Shown here: piece after piece, positions 10,449-20,934 of the stretch
Numbering within the stretch: the first letter of the stretch is position 1
Layout: the number at the start of each line of letters is the position of its first letter
Assembly (NCBI GenBank): GCA_001002765.1
Contig: LCMS01000005.1
Location: 2,562 to 66,561, forward strand
DNA length: 64,000 bases
From: Candidatus Uhrbacteria bacterium GW2011_GWE2_46_68
GTDB lineage: Bacteria; Patescibacteriota; Patescibacteriia; UBA9934; GWF2-40-263
Direction of reading: 5' to 3'
Notes under the pieces: model-generated
The model's database searches: none
The model's input: only the letters and a program-made list of their open reading frames with translations
Told to the model about the DNA's origin: nothing
Translations under genes and position numbers: made by a program

Positions 10449-11111
10449 ATGGGACATAAAGTCAATCCTAAAGCATTCCGAATTGGTGTTACCCGTGGTT
10501 GGGAAAGTGTTTGGTTTTCAAAAAATAATTATAGGACGTTTTTACAAGAAGACATTCAAATTCGAGAATACCTTCAAAAGAAATTAAAAGAAGCTTTGGT
10601 GGAACGTATAGAAGTAGAGCGATCAAGACAAGATATAAAAATCTGGGTTCATACTGCAAAACCAGGTGTGGTGATTGGGCGTGCAGGCTCAGGCATTGAA
10701 GAATTGACAAAGGAAATAAGAAACAGATTTTATCGCGGCAAAAAAGTTAGTATTCAAATGAATGTAAAAGAAGTCACACAACCAGGATTGTCTGCTCAGA
10801 TTGTTGCCCAACAAATGGCTTTTGACATTGAAAAGCGTATGCCATTTCGTCGCGTAATGAAAACAACAATCGAGCGCGTGTTAAAATCTCGTGCAGAAGG
10901 AATAAAAGTTACAATGTCAGGACGTCTGAATGGTGCAGAAATAGCACGTACAGAAACGATTGCAACAGGAAAAATTCCTTTGCAAAATCTTCGCGCAGAT
11001 ATTGATTACGCTCATGTGATGGCCCTGACTATTTATGGGGCGGTTGGAGTGAGAGTATGGATTAATCGTGGAGAAATTTTTGAAAAAACTCGTCAAGCGA
11101 GTCAAGAATAA
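10449..11111 (+). CDS. rpsC: 30S ribosomal protein S3
   Basis: MGHKVNP, SGRLNGAEIARTE, LRADIDY. Confidence 0.99.
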   Translation: MGHKVNPKAFRIGVTRGWESVWFSKNNYRTFLQEDIQIREYLQKKLKEALVERIEVERSRQDIKIWVHTAKPGVVIGRAGSGIEELTKEIRNRFYRGKKVSIQMNVKEVTQPGLSAQIVAQQMAFDIEKRMPFRRVMKTTIERVLKSRAEGIKVTMSGRLNGAEIARTETIATGKIPLQNLRADIDYAHVMALTIYGAVGVRVWINRGEIFEKTRQASQE

Positions 11112-11123
11112 AAGGAAGGTTTT

Positions 11124-11543
11124 ATGTTAATGCCGAAAAAAGTAAAACATCGTAAATGGCACAAAGGCCGTGCACGCAATAAGCGCATTGCTACACGAAC
11201 GACGACGATAGCTTTTGGTTCTTATGCGTTAAAAGCTCTTACAGGCGCGTGGGTCACTTCACGTCAGTTAGAAGCTGCGCGACGAGCCATGACTCGATCT
11301 GTAAAACGTGGTGGGAAAATATGGATCCGTGTTTTTCCTGACAAGCCTATTACAACAAAAGGTTCAGAAATGCCAATGGGAAAAGGTAAGGGCGCTGTAG
11401 ATCATTACGTTGTAATCGTAAAACCAGGAACGGTTTTGTTTGAAATGGATGGTATTGATGAGTCAAAAGCGCGGGAGGCTCTTTTATTGGCGGCTCATAA
11501 GTTGCCAGTAAAAGCTAAAATAGTGACGCGAGAAGTGCGTTAA
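11124..11543 (+). CDS. rplP: 50S ribosomal protein L16
   Basis: [26 protein letters not shown]. Confidence 0.99.
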   Translation: MLMPKKVKHRKWHKGRARNKRIATRTTTIAFGSYALKALTGAWVTSRQLEAARRAMTRSVKRGGKIWIRVFPDKPITTKGSEMPMGKGKGAVDHYVVIVKPGTVLFEMDGIDESKAREALLLAAHKLPVKAKIVTREVR

Positions 11544-11548
11544 AGTAT

Positions 11549-11743
11549 ATGAGTAAAAAAGAAATGCAGACAATGGATGTGGTGCAGTTACAGAAAGAAA
11601 TCCAAGATCGCCAAGCACAAAAAATGGATTTCCGTTTTCAAATTTCCTCTCATCAGTTATCTCGCGTGAGGCAGGTTCGTAAAGTCCGAAAAGAGATTGC
11701 TCAATTAAAGACCCTTTTAAGACAAAAGACTTTAGAGAAGTAA
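11549..11743 (+). CDS. rpmC: 50S ribosomal protein L29
   Basis: 64 aa, [12 protein letters not shown]; position. Confidence 0.93.
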   Translation: MSKKEMQTMDVVQLQKEIQDRQAQKMDFRFQISSHQLSRVRQVRKVRKEIAQLKTLLRQKTLEK

Positions 11744-11744
11744 T

Positions 11745-12002
11745 ATGTCCAAGTCTTCCACAAAACAACATCAACTCCAACGAAAGTTCACAGGGAAGGT
11801 TGTATCTGCAAAATCACAAAAGACCATTGTCGTACAGGTTGATCGTACACTGACACACCCTCTGTATGGGAAACAGTATGTCCGCAGTCTTCGTTATAAA
11901 GTTCATGATGAAAAAGGTCAGTATCACGAAGGGGATTTGGTGACGTTTAAAGAATGTCGACCTTTATCAAAAGATAAGCGATGGCGCGTTTTATACGCCT
12001 AA
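11745..12002 (+). CDS. rpsQ: 30S ribosomal protein S17
   Basis: [27 protein letters not shown]. Confidence 0.98.
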   Translation: MSKSSTKQHQLQRKFTGKVVSAKSQKTIVVQVDRTLTHPLYGKQYVRSLRYKVHDEKGQYHEGDLVTFKECRPLSKDKRWRVLYA

Positions 12003-12011
12003 AAAGGTTTT

Positions 12012-12383
12012 ATGGTACAACACCGAACAATGATTCATGTTGCTGATAACACGGGAGCAAAAAAATTACAGGTGATCCGTATTCATGGAGGATATCGCAA
12101 ACATTACGCAATTTTAGGTGATATTGTCACTGCAGTTGTTAAAGAAGCCGTTCCACATAGTGCAACAAAGAAAAGTGATATCGTAAAGGCAGTTATGGTG
12201 CGTACGAAAAAAGAATCACGAAGAAAAGACGGAACGTATATTCGATTTGATGAAAATGCAGCTGTTATCATTGATTCAAAAACAAAAGAACCAAAAGGGA
12301 CGCGTATTTTTGGCCCTGTTCCACGAGAGTTGCGAGGAAAAGGGTTTACAAAAATTATTTCTTTAGCACCTGAGGTTTTGTAA
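12012..12383 (+). CDS. rplN: 50S ribosomal protein L14
   Basis: [29 protein letters not shown]. Confidence 0.99.
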   Translation: MVQHRTMIHVADNTGAKKLQVIRIHGGYRKHYAILGDIVTAVVKEAVPHSATKKSDIVKAVMVRTKKESRRKDGTYIRFDENAAVIIDSKTKEPKGTRIFGPVPRELRGKGFTKIISLAPEVL

Positions 12384-12394
12384 TCCACCATCGT

Positions 12395-12721
12395 ATGAAG
12401 ATTAAAATAGGTGATCATGTACGTGTCACAACCGGAAAAAACAAAGGAAAGGACGGGAAGGTTCAACAAGTTTTCCCCCCCTCACAACGTCTTATTGTGG
12501 AGGGTGTGAACAAGACGATCAAGCATCTTCGTAAACAACGTGGAGGCCAAAGAGGTCAAAAGATAGAATATTTTGCCCCCATTCATCTTTCAAATGTCCG
12601 TTTGATTTCACCAAAATCTGGCGTGGAAGGACGTGTGGGTTTTAAAAAGATTCACACGGAAGGTTTAGTGAAAAAGGTTCGTCAGATTTGTAAAAAAGGA
12701 ACACGTGAAGATATCGAATAA
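12395..12721 (+). CDS. rplX: 50S ribosomal protein L24
   Basis: KIGDHVRVTTGKNKGK, VEGVN, APIHLSNV. Confidence 0.98.
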   Translation: MKIKIGDHVRVTTGKNKGKDGKVQQVFPPSQRLIVEGVNKTIKHLRKQRGGQRGQKIEYFAPIHLSNVRLISPKSGVEGRVGFKKIHTEGLVKKVRQICKKGTREDIE

Positions 12722-12725
12722 ATGT

Positions 12726-13265
12726 ATGTCATTTAAAGATTATTACAAAAAAGAAGTGGTTCCGAAATTACAGAAAGATTTTGATTATAAAAATATTCAC
12801 GCTGTCCCTACTATAAAGTACGTCACAGTGAATATTGGCCTTGGGGCAGGATTGAAAGACGCCAAATTTTTAGAAACAACAGAAAAAACGCTACGTCGTA
12901 TTACTGGGCAAAAACCAGTACAAACAAAGGCACGAAAGTCCATTTCAGGTTTTAAAATTCGTGGAGGAATGATAGTAGGAGGGAAGGTGACATTGCACGG
13001 GTTGCGTATGTGGGATTTTTTAGAAAAATTAATAAAAGTCACTTGTCCGCGTGTTCGTGATTTTCAAGGCCTTTCTGTGAGAAGTTTTGATGGCCAAGGG
13101 AATTATTCCATAGGTTTTAAAGAGCATATCGCTTTTCCTGAGATTCGAAGTGACGAAATCGAATTAATTCATGGATTACAAGTCACGGTCGGAACAAGTG
13201 CAAAAACCAATAAAGAAGCCGAAGCCCTTTTGCGGCATCTCGGATTTCCTTTGAAGCAAGTTTAA
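12726..13265 (+). CDS. rplE: 50S ribosomal protein L5
   Basis: [21 protein letters not shown]; ATG 12726. Confidence 0.98.
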   Translation: MSFKDYYKKEVVPKLQKDFDYKNIHAVPTIKYVTVNIGLGAGLKDAKFLETTEKTLRRITGQKPVQTKARKSISGFKIRGGMIVGGKVTLHGLRMWDFLEKLIKVTCPRVRDFQGLSVRSFDGQGNYSIGFKEHIAFPEIRSDEIELIHGLQVTVGTSAKTNKEAEALLRHLGFPLKQV

Positions 13266-13272
13266 CGAACCT

Positions 13273-13458
13273 ATGGCTACAGAAAATCAAAAAGCAAAGT
13301 CTCGGATTTTTCGAAAATATGCAACACGACATGTTAATCGCTGTTGGCGTTGTGGACGTAATCACGGATTTATGAGAGATTTCGGATTATGTCGCATTTG
13401 TTTCCGTGAACTAGCTAATCGGGGAGAAATTCCCGGTGTTAGAAAATCAAGTTGGTAA
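13273..13458 (+). CDS. rpsN: 30S ribosomal protein S14, zinc-binding short type
   Basis: [23 protein letters not shown]; 61 aa. Confidence 0.98.
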   Translation: MATENQKAKSRIFRKYATRHVNRCWRCGRNHGFMRDFGLCRICFRELANRGEIPGVRKSSW

Positions 13459-13469
13459 TTAGAATTATT

Positions 13470-13865
13470 ATGATGACGGATCCTTTATCAGACATGCTCG
13501 CGCGTATTCGCAATGCATTGGATGCGCAAAAAATAACTGTAGCCGTACCTTACTCACGACTAAAATTTGGTGTGGCAAAAATTTTAGAAAAAGAAGGCTA
13601 TATTCAAAAGGCGGAAAAGTCTTCTGAATGGAAACATCCGACAATACAGATAACACTTTCCTACGAAGAAAATCATCAACCGGTGATCACACATTTGCGT
13701 CGTGTGAGCAAACCAGGCCATCGTGTATATGCGAAATCAACCGAGATGCCAAGAGTATTAACTGATTATGGTATTGCCATTCTTTCAACTTCCAATGGAC
13801 TGATGACAAATAAAGAGGCTCGGGTTCGTCGATTGGGAGGAGAGATAATTTGTGAAGTCGCCTAA
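13470..13865 (+). CDS. rpsH: 30S ribosomal protein S8
   Basis: TDPLSDMLARIRNA, SKPGHRVY, GGEIIC. Confidence 0.98.
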   Translation: MMTDPLSDMLARIRNALDAQKITVAVPYSRLKFGVAKILEKEGYIQKAEKSSEWKHPTIQITLSYEENHQPVITHLRRVSKPGHRVYAKSTEMPRVLTDYGIAILSTSNGLMTNKEARVRRLGGEIICEVA

Positions 13866-13877
13866 TTGTTTTGAAGT

Positions 13878-14438
13878 ATGTCACGCATTGGAAAGAAAAT
13901 CATTTTTATTCCTTCTGGAGTAAACATCACTCTTCCTGAAGATGGAGAGGTGACCGTTCAAGGGCCAAAAGGGGAGCTCAAGAATACCTTCCATTCTTGC
14001 ATCGTTTTTTCCTTTGAGGAAAAAGATGGGAAAAAAGGGATTACAACACATATCCTTCATGAAGATGATTTAAATGAACGGGCACAATGGGGAACGGCAC
14101 GCGCAATATTAGCAAATATGATAAAAGGAGTTACCGAAGGATTTGAGAGAAAGTTGGAGATAAATGGAGTCGGATATCGCGCTCAAGTATTAGAGAAAAA
14201 TATTGTTTTAAACGTAGGTTTTTCTCATCCGGTCCCTTTCGCTCTTCCAAAAGGAATTGAAGCTTCGGTTGAGGGAAATATTATCACTCTTCGTGGCATT
14301 GAAGCTCAACTCATTGGTGAAACCGCGGCACGTATCCGTAATATTCGCAAACCAGAACCCTATAAAGGAAAGGGAATAAAATATGTAGAAGAAGTCATTC
14401 GCCGTAAGGCTGGAAAAGCCGCAAAGGCGGGTGAATAA
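13878..14438 (+). CDS. rplF: 50S ribosomal protein L6
   Basis: [22 protein letters not shown]. Confidence 0.99.
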   Translation: MSRIGKKIIFIPSGVNITLPEDGEVTVQGPKGELKNTFHSCIVFSFEEKDGKKGITTHILHEDDLNERAQWGTARAILANMIKGVTEGFERKLEINGVGYRAQVLEKNIVLNVGFSHPVPFALPKGIEASVEGNIITLRGIEAQLIGETAARIRNIRKPEPYKGKGIKYVEEVIRRKAGKAAKAGE

Positions 14439-14442
14439 TCGT

Positions 14443-14805
14443 ATGGCGTATACTACGAAACAGAAGAAATTACATCAAACAATTCGTGCACGAAGAGTTC
14501 GTGCTCGTGTGAAGGGCACAACTGAACGCCCTCGTTTAACAGTAAAAAGAAGTTTGAAGCACATTTACGTACAAGTAATTGATGACACATTAAGAAAAAC
14601 GATCGTTTCCGCTTCAGATAAAGATTTTTCACAAATAAAAGGGAAACTTCCTACGGAAATTGCACGAGAGGTAGGAAAAATTATTGCTGAACGCGCAAAG
14701 AGTTTTGGGATACAATCGGTTGTTTTTGATCGAGGACCTTATTTATATCACGGACGTGTTGCCGCGATTGCTGAAGGAGCACGCGAGGCAGGATTAACGA
14801 TTTAA
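14443..14805 (+). CDS. rplR: 50S ribosomal protein L18
   Basis: [27 protein letters not shown]. Confidence 0.98.
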   Translation: MAYTTKQKKLHQTIRARRVRARVKGTTERPRLTVKRSLKHIYVQVIDDTLRKTIVSASDKDFSQIKGKLPTEIAREVGKIIAERAKSFGIQSVVFDRGPYLYHGRVAAIAEGAREAGLTI

Positions 14806-14809
14806 TTAT

Positions 14810-15406
14810 ATGGAAGGACAAGGGAAAAATCAGAGCCCAAAAAAACAGTTTGGAAATGGACATGGAGGAAGACCACAACGTTCTGGCCGTCGAGGATCAC
14901 AAAAAGATCGTCCAGAGGCGAAAGAATTTGAACAAAAAATTCTAGATCTTTCTCGTGTGACACGTGTGACGGCAGGTGGAAAGCGTATGTCTTTTCGTTG
15001 TGCTCTTGTCATTGGTGATCGTAAGGGACGAGTGGGTTTTGGGATCGCAAAAGGTGGAGACGTTCAGGTTGCTATCGAGAAAGCATTTCGTCAGGCAAAA
15101 AAGTGTATCTTGCAAGTCCCGATTGTCAATGAAACTCTGCCCCATATGATTCGTATGAAGTATGGTTCTGCTTGTATTTTACTCAAACCAGCGCCTCGTG
15201 GAACAGGATTAAAGGCGGGAGGAGCTGTACGAGTTTTGTTGGAGCTGGGAGGGGTGGCAAATGCTGTGTCGAAAATTACCAATTCAAAAAATAAAGTGAA
15301 TATTGCAAAGGCGACAATCAATGCTCTCCGATCTTTGCAAGGAAAAGAAAGAAAACGACCTGTTGATCAAAAAGGAGCGGAACAAGATGCTTCAAAAACG
15401 AATTAA
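14810..15406 (+). CDS. rpsE: 30S ribosomal protein S5
   Basis: RVTRVTAGGKRMSF, PAPRGTGLKAGG. Confidence 0.98.
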   Translation: MEGQGKNQSPKKQFGNGHGGRPQRSGRRGSQKDRPEAKEFEQKILDLSRVTRVTAGGKRMSFRCALVIGDRKGRVGFGIAKGGDVQVAIEKAFRQAKKCILQVPIVNETLPHMIRMKYGSACILLKPAPRGTGLKAGGAVRVLLELGGVANAVSKITNSKNKVNIAKATINALRSLQGKERKRPVDQKGAEQDASKTN

Positions 15407-15412
15407 ACACGT

Positions 15413-15853
15413 ATGGCTTTATCTTTACATACCCTTCATCCAAAAAATGGATCTCGTAAATCTTCCGTGCGTATTGGACGTGGGCTTTCAAAAAAAGGAA
15501 CCTATTCCGGTCGCGGAGCAAAAGGTCAACGTTCTCGTTCCGGTGGAAAATCAGGTCTTCGTCTGAAGGGTCTGCGTGTGGTGATGCTCGGGACACCAAA
15601 ACAACGTGGATTCACCTCCCTTGCCCAACCTTTTCAAGTAGTGAATGTCGGGTCTTTATCAAAAGTTTTTATTGAAGGACAGATGGTGACCCCACGGACA
15701 TTAAAAGAAAAACAACTGATCTCTTCCCCCTCACGTCCTGTGAAGATTTTAGGAAAGGGCGAGATTACGATAAAAGTAATTGTGAAAGAGTGTCGTTTCT
15801 CCGCTGAAGCAAAGGCAAAAATAGAAAAAGCGGGCGGAACGGTTACTCCATAA
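15413..15853 (+). CDS. rplO: 50S ribosomal protein L15
   Basis: GRGAKGQRSRSG, VKILGKG, KIEKAGG. Confidence 0.97.
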   Translation: MALSLHTLHPKNGSRKSSVRIGRGLSKKGTYSGRGAKGQRSRSGGKSGLRLKGLRVVMLGTPKQRGFTSLAQPFQVVNVGSLSKVFIEGQMVTPRTLKEKQLISSPSRPVKILGKGEITIKVIVKECRFSAEAKAKIEKAGGTVTP

Positions 15854-15857
15854 TCGT

Positions 15858-17129
15858 ATGTCAACACTTCGACGTCTTTGGAGTATTCGGGACGTGCGGA
15901 ATAGTCTTCTTTTTGTTTTTGCTATTTTGGTTTTTTTTCGCATTGCTGCGCACATCCCTGTTCCAGGTATCGATTCCTCAGCCATGAGTTCTTTATTTAG
16001 CAACAATGCTTTTTTGGGATTATTGAATGTTTTTTCAGGTGGAACTTTGGAAAGTTTTTCTGTGGTCGCGTTGGGAGTGGCGCCTTATATCACCGCTTCC
16101 ATCATTTTTCAATTACTTGCCATGATTTTACCTCGTCTTGAGGAGATGCAAAAAGAAGAATCAGGACGACAAAAGATCAATCAATACACGCGGTATCTCA
16201 CTGTTCCTCTCGCTCTCATGCAGGCCTATAGCATGCTGCTTCTTTTACAGCGTCAAACAGGAGCATCGCTTTGGAGTGATAACAGTCTTTTTACGATTGT
16301 GTTGGCGATGATCAGCATGATGGCCGGCACCGTTTTTCTCATGTGGATGGGTGAACTCATTTCTGAAAGAAAAGTAGGAAATGGAACATCGATCATTATC
16401 TTTGCTGGAATTATTGCAGGACTCCCAGGATTTTTACGACAAGTTTTTGCCGTATACGATTACTCTCAACTCGTTACCCTTATCCTTTTTCTTCTCGTGA
16501 CGATCGTAACGATTGTGGGTGTTGTTATCATGAACGAAGCACAGCGTCACGTGCCCGTGCAATATGCACGTCAAGTGCGTGGATCCCGTTTGGCAGGGGG
16601 TGTAAGTTCACATATTCCTCTTCGATTGAATATGGGTGGAGTGATCCCAATCATTTTTGCCATTTCTTTTATTTTGATCCCCACCACATTTGCTCAATTC
16701 TTTGTGAACGCTCGTACAGAGTGGTTGCAGACTGTAGCCATCTGGCTTACCCAAGTTTTTCAGAACCAACTCGTCTATGGCGTCACCTATTTTATCCTTG
16801 TTTTCGCTTTTTCTTATTTCTATACAGCGGTTATTTTTCATCCAGATCGCATGGCCGAGAATTTGCAAAAACACGGAGGATTTATTCCTGGTATTCGTCC
16901 GGGAAAAAATACAGCTGATTATCTTAAAGATGTGGCAAACCGTCTCTTACTTGCAGGAGCCACCTTTATTTCGGTTATCGCCGTTCTCCCTCTTGTCGTC
17001 CAACAATTTACAGGGACATCGAATATGGTGATTGGGGGAACGTCCGTTCTCATCGTTGTCTCCGTCGTTGTGGATTGTGTCAAACAAGTAGAATCCCAGC
17101 TGACCATGCACGAATACGAAATTTCCTAA
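15858..17129 (+). CDS. secY: Preprotein translocase subunit SecY
   Basis: LGVAPYITASII, GVIPIIFA, FIPGIRPG; multiple TM segments. Confidence 0.99.
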   Translation: MSTLRRLWSIRDVRNSLLFVFAILVFFRIAAHIPVPGIDSSAMSSLFSNNAFLGLLNVFSGGTLESFSVVALGVAPYITASIIFQLLAMILPRLEEMQKEESGRQKINQYTRYLTVPLALMQAYSMLLLLQRQTGASLWSDNSLFTIVLAMISMMAGTVFLMWMGELISERKVGNGTSIIIFAGIIAGLPGFLRQVFAVYDYSQLVTLILFLLVTIVTIVGVVIMNEAQRHVPVQYARQVRGSRLAGGVSSHIPLRLNMGGVIPIIFAISFILIPTTFAQFFVNARTEWLQTVAIWLTQVFQNQLVYGVTYFILVFAFSYFYTAVIFHPDRMAENLQKHGGFIPGIRPGKNTADYLKDVANRLLLAGATFISVIAVLPLVVQQFTGTSNMVIGGTSVLIVVSVVVDCVKQVESQLTMHEYEIS

Positions 17130-17200
17130 TTCGCTTCCGTTTCCAAAAAAAAGGTGGGATAATAAACCTACCTTTTTTCTTTTCTATGATTTTCTCTTCA

Positions 17201-17830
17201 ATGAAAATACTCTTTCTCGGGCCGCAAGGAAGCGGCAAGGGCACCCAAGCAAAACTTTTAGCTGCATCTCTTCGTCTCCCCATGTTTTCTATGGGACAAT
17301 TGCTTCGAGATGAAGTTGCTGCCAAAACCGATTTAGGCTCGCAGATCAACGAAATTTTATTATCAGGAGAACTGGTTCCTGCTTCGGTGACCGCGGAAGT
17401 ATTACAAATGCGTTTAGCGAAACCCGATGCGCAACAAGGGTATATTTTGGATGGATTTCCACGCAACGAAGAACAATATCAGTCGTTTACTTTTGAGCAA
17501 CCCACTCACGTATTTGTGATTATGATTCCAGAGGAGGAAACCTATCGTCGACTAGGAGATCGTCTTACCTGTTCAGTTTGCGGGTATGTCACAAGCACGA
17601 AGCTTGGTTTCAAAAAAGAAGACCCCTGCCCATTGCATGATGGGGGATTATTGATTCAACGAACGGATGATACTCCGGAGGCCATTACAAAACGTCTTGA
17701 GATTTATGAACAAGACACGCAACCTGTGATTCGATCCTATCGTCGTCAAGGAATTGTCTATGAAATTGACGGGGTTGGATCGGTTGAGGAAGTTCATCAG
17801 CGTATTTTAGATGCTCTCCGTACCTCATGA
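17201..17830 (+). CDS. adk: Adenylate kinase
   Basis: GPQGSGKGTQA, GYILDGFPR, Cys-containing LID, RTDD; ATG 17201. Confidence 0.97.
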   Translation: MKILFLGPQGSGKGTQAKLLAASLRLPMFSMGQLLRDEVAAKTDLGSQINEILLSGELVPASVTAEVLQMRLAKPDAQQGYILDGFPRNEEQYQSFTFEQPTHVFVIMIPEEETYRRLGDRLTCSVCGYVTSTKLGFKKEDPCPLHDGGLLIQRTDDTPEAITKRLEIYEQDTQPVIRSYRRQGIVYEIDGVGSVEEVHQRILDALRTS

Positions 17831-17836
17831 TTTTTT

Positions 17837-18613
17837 ATGGCTCTCATTAAAACAACAGAAGAAATAGATCGGATGCGTCGAGGAGGTTTTATTCTTTCAC
17901 AAACCATGAAGGAAGTGATTTCTATTGTTCAGCCTGGACTTTTTTTCAAAGATCTTGACATGGTTGCAAAAAATTTTTTGACAAAGATGGGGGCGACCCC
18001 TTCTTTTCAAGGATATCAATCTTCTCCCGAAGATATTCCATTTCCCAGCGCTCTTTGCGTTTCCATCAATGAAGAGGTGGTTCATGGTTTAGGGAATCGA
18101 GAGCGCAGACTTCAAGAGGGGGATGTTGTTGGATTGGATTTAGGATGTTGGTTTGAAGGGATGTGTACAGATATGGCCGTGACGGTCGGGGTCGGAAAAA
18201 TCAGTCATCAAGCCGAGCAATTGATACGCGTTACACAAGAGGCACTTTTTCACGGAGTGTCTGCTGCGCGTGCAGGCCAACAACTTTCTTGTATCAGTCA
18301 GGCTATCGAATCCGCTATTCGTCCTTATGGGTATGGTATTGTGGAAGCATTAGGCGGGCATGGAGTTGGACATGATGTTCATGAGCCTCCTTACATTCCC
18401 AATTTTACAAATCATCATTATAAAGATGTCACACTCACCACCGGAATGTGTCTCGCTTTAGAACCTATGGTGGGGCTTGGATCTTGTCATGTCCGCACAG
18501 CAGAAGACGGATGGGCTGTGTTAATGGAAGATTGCCAAATCAGTGCCCATGCAGAAGTGACGATCGTGATCCAAGAAGAGTATGCGGAAATTTTGACACC
18601 TTTTCCTCTATGA
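17837..18613 (+). CDS. map: Methionine aminopeptidase type I
   Basis: CVSINEEVVHG, GHGVG..HEPP, ALEPM. Confidence 0.97.
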   Translation: MALIKTTEEIDRMRRGGFILSQTMKEVISIVQPGLFFKDLDMVAKNFLTKMGATPSFQGYQSSPEDIPFPSALCVSINEEVVHGLGNRERRLQEGDVVGLDLGCWFEGMCTDMAVTVGVGKISHQAEQLIRVTQEALFHGVSAARAGQQLSCISQAIESAIRPYGYGIVEALGGHGVGHDVHEPPYIPNFTNHHYKDVTLTTGMCLALEPMVGLGSCHVRTAEDGWAVLMEDCQISAHAEVTIVIQEEYAEILTPFPL

Positions 18614-19011
18614 GAGTTTTAGGGATTGATTACGGAGATAAAAAAATAGGACTGGCCTTTGGAGACACTGACGTTCGTGTGGCCGTTCCCTTAGATGTTA
18701 TTTCTAATCATGTTGAAGAAATTATATCTTGTCTTCAAAAAAAAATTGAAACGGAAAGTATTGATATGGTTGTGGTGGGTGTTCCCCTTTCTCAAGGGGG
18801 TCATCACGGAACCGAACAGTTAGAAAAAACAAAACGATTTATCACACGCTTGCGGGACGTTTTGACAATTCCCGTGTACGAAGAAGACGAATCTTTTACG
18901 ACAGCGGAAAGCATTCGTCTGCAGCGCGAGGAAGGAGCAGAAGCTGCCGAAGATGCCCTTGCCGCCATGCTTATCACTCAAGCATTTCTCAATCATTCTC
19001 AAGAGTCATGA
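18610..19011 (+). CDS. ruvX: YqgF/RuvX family nuclease
   Basis: MRVLGIDYGDKKIGLA, VVGVP, DESFTT, DALAA; ATG 18610 overlaps the map stop. Confidence 0.93.
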   Translation: MRVLGIDYGDKKIGLAFGDTDVRVAVPLDVISNHVEEIISCLQKKIETESIDMVVVGVPLSQGGHHGTEQLEKTKRFITRLRDVLTIPVYEEDESFTTAESIRLQREEGAEAAEDALAAMLITQAFLNHSQES

Positions 19012-19778
19012 GTACTCTTTTTTCCACAACCGGCATCATTCTTTCTTGTCGGGATCATAAAGAAGTCGATCGTTGGTACGCCATGTACACGAAAGATTAT
19101 GGCAAGATAGAGTTTCTTGCCCGTGGGGGACAAAAAGTTTTAGCAAAACTTACACCTCATTTGGAAACACTTGGGGAAGTGCATACGCTTCTGGTCCAAG
19201 GAAGGCAATACCCAACACTCACCGGGGTGGAGCGCAAGCGAGCTTTTTTAGGAGCGCAATCCGATTATCAAAAAATGGTTCTCGCGCAAAACGCCATGAG
19301 TCTTATGGATATGGGGACGCGACCTCATGAAGCCGACCCCGTCCTTTATGACGTTCTTCACCAATGGCTTTCGTTTCTTGATACAGCCCCTTCTCTTTCA
19401 CCCGAACGTTCCGCTTATCTTTTGGGAAGTTTTTCTTTGAAACTTTTGGCGCTTTTGGGATATCGTCCCGAGCTGCATCAGTGTCTTCGTTGTCGACAAT
19501 CCGTTCGTCCAAAAGAATTTTATTGGCATGCGCTTAAGGGGGGAATCGTCTGTGTTTCTTGCAGGAAACAAGATTCTGATCAGTATTTTGCCGCGCGTCC
19601 CATGGAAGAAACCACTCTCAAACTCATTCGATTTGCCATGGGGGAGTCGTTTTCCGATCAATTACGCCCGCCGCTACCAGGGGAAACGCTTCTGGCATTC
19701 CATGAAGCGATAGAGGCTCTCATCATTTCTCATTTTCCCATTATCCCTGTCAATTCTCTCCGCGCTTCTTGTCAGTAA
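19008..19778 (+). CDS. recO: DNA repair protein RecO
   Basis: GIIL..EVDR..TKDYGKI..ARG; LGYRPELHQCLRC..GGIVCVSC zinc motif. Confidence 0.92.
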   Translation: MSTLFSTTGIILSCRDHKEVDRWYAMYTKDYGKIEFLARGGQKVLAKLTPHLETLGEVHTLLVQGRQYPTLTGVERKRAFLGAQSDYQKMVLAQNAMSLMDMGTRPHEADPVLYDVLHQWLSFLDTAPSLSPERSAYLLGSFSLKLLALLGYRPELHQCLRCRQSVRPKEFYWHALKGGIVCVSCRKQDSDQYFAARPMEETTLKLIRFAMGESFSDQLRPPLPGETLLAFHEAIEALIISHFPIIPVNSLRASCQ

Positions 19779-19784
19779 ACGAAA

Positions 19785-19812
19785 AAACCACCCTTTCATA
19801 TCAGGGTGGTTT
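19785..19812 (-). terminator. Intrinsic terminator between convergent recO and WD40 operon
   Basis: AAACCACCCT-8 nt-AGGGTGGTTT; T-tract on the minus strand. Confidence 0.7.
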
Positions 19813-19828
19813 GCGTTTACATTCCTCG

Positions 19829-20824
19829 CTAGATAAGCAAGGCTTCCTCTTCTTCACTGAGCGTTCCAAGTTGGCATTTTCCGAAATCCAGAATTCCAAA
19901 ACCAGGATAGTGTTCGCCGTGAGCCACTCCATACACGACCACGTATCTTCCATTTGGAGAGCAAACGATGCTGCTGATTTGAGAGAATTTTTGGATGCTT
20001 TTTATGATCTTGCGCGTGAGAAGATCTATCACACGAAGCACTTTTTGCGTTCCCACAAGGAGAAATCTTCCACAACTCGTAAAGGCAATTACCTGGATGG
20101 AAAAGTTACGATGAAGGCCTAATTTGATCGTGTGAGATTTTTTTTCTTTCAGATCCATGACCGTCAATTCCGCATCTCCGCTTTTGAAGGCAAGCGTCCG
20201 ACCGTTGGGAGAAAGGGCGATCGTTTCGGTGTCCCAATCATTTCTCGTAGCGCAAAGTTGTTTTTCTCTCCACCAATTCCAGATCAAGCGCTTGTTTACG
20301 GAAACAGTGCCATCTCCTTTGAAGCAAAGGAAGCTTTCACCATTTTGAGCCATCAATGTTCCTCTCACAATTCCGCGGTATCGTAGATGTGCGGATCGTT
20401 TTTTTTCCTTCATTGAAACGACCCGCATGGATCCGTATCGAGAAACAATGAGAATCGATGTTCCATCTGGAAAGAAGCCAAAAGAAGCAATGTGATATTC
20501 ATGTGATATTGTCTCGAAGCATTCCAAGCCGCTTTCATCCCTTATCGTGCAAAAGAACACATTATTTTCGATCGCCATGGCAATGATTTGTGGGTCCCTG
20601 GGAGAAAAGGCTATGCAGATAATTTCCTGTTGTATGGGATAAAGGAATCTTTCCACAAAATTTCCATCACCGATTTTACGAATATGGACAAAGTTGCGCT
20701 CACCAGCAGTTCTCTCAATACCCGCGAGATATTGTCCGTTGCAGGAAAAAATAGGTCCTCGAACACATTCGATATAAAGGGAAAGTGTGGGGTCTGGAAT
20801 GACAAGAGGCGGAACTCCAGTCAT
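19829..20824 (-). CDS. WD40-like beta-propeller protein
   Basis: Repeated IAFSP/ALSPNG/CSPNG units; SD AAGGAGG; C-terminus LGTLSEEEEALLI resembles the neighbour's LGSLSPEEAAIYI. Confidence 0.82.
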   Translation of the reverse strand: MTGVPPLVIPDPTLSLYIECVRGPIFSCNGQYLAGIERTAGERNFVHIRKIGDGNFVERFLYPIQQEIICIAFSPRDPQIIAMAIENNVFFCTIRDESGLECFETISHEYHIASFGFFPDGTSILIVSRYGSMRVVSMKEKKRSAHLRYRGIVRGTLMAQNGESFLCFKGDGTVSVNKRLIWNWWREKQLCATRNDWDTETIALSPNGRTLAFKSGDAELTVMDLKEKKSHTIKLGLHRNFSIQVIAFTSCGRFLLVGTQKVLRVIDLLTRKIIKSIQKFSQISSIVCSPNGRYVVVYGVAHGEHYPGFGILDFGKCQLGTLSEEEEALLI

Positions 20825-20838
20825 GAACCCTCCTTATG

Positions 20839-20919
20839 TTTGAAAGAACAAAACCTTTCGGTGCGTGGCCGAGTTGTTCGGCTGCGCGCAGAAAGGGGCG
20901 AGAGTTTCGTATCTCACCC
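20839..20919 (-). repeat. Structured intergenic repeat copy A (hairpin + bulged stem-loop + boxA-like)
   Basis: Minus strand GGGTGAGA..TCTCGCCC, CCTTTC-TGCG..GCCGA-acaac-TCGGC..CGCA-CC-GAAAGG, TGTTCTTTCAAA. Confidence 0.8.
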
Positions 20920-20934
20920 ACGTAAAGGACAGGT

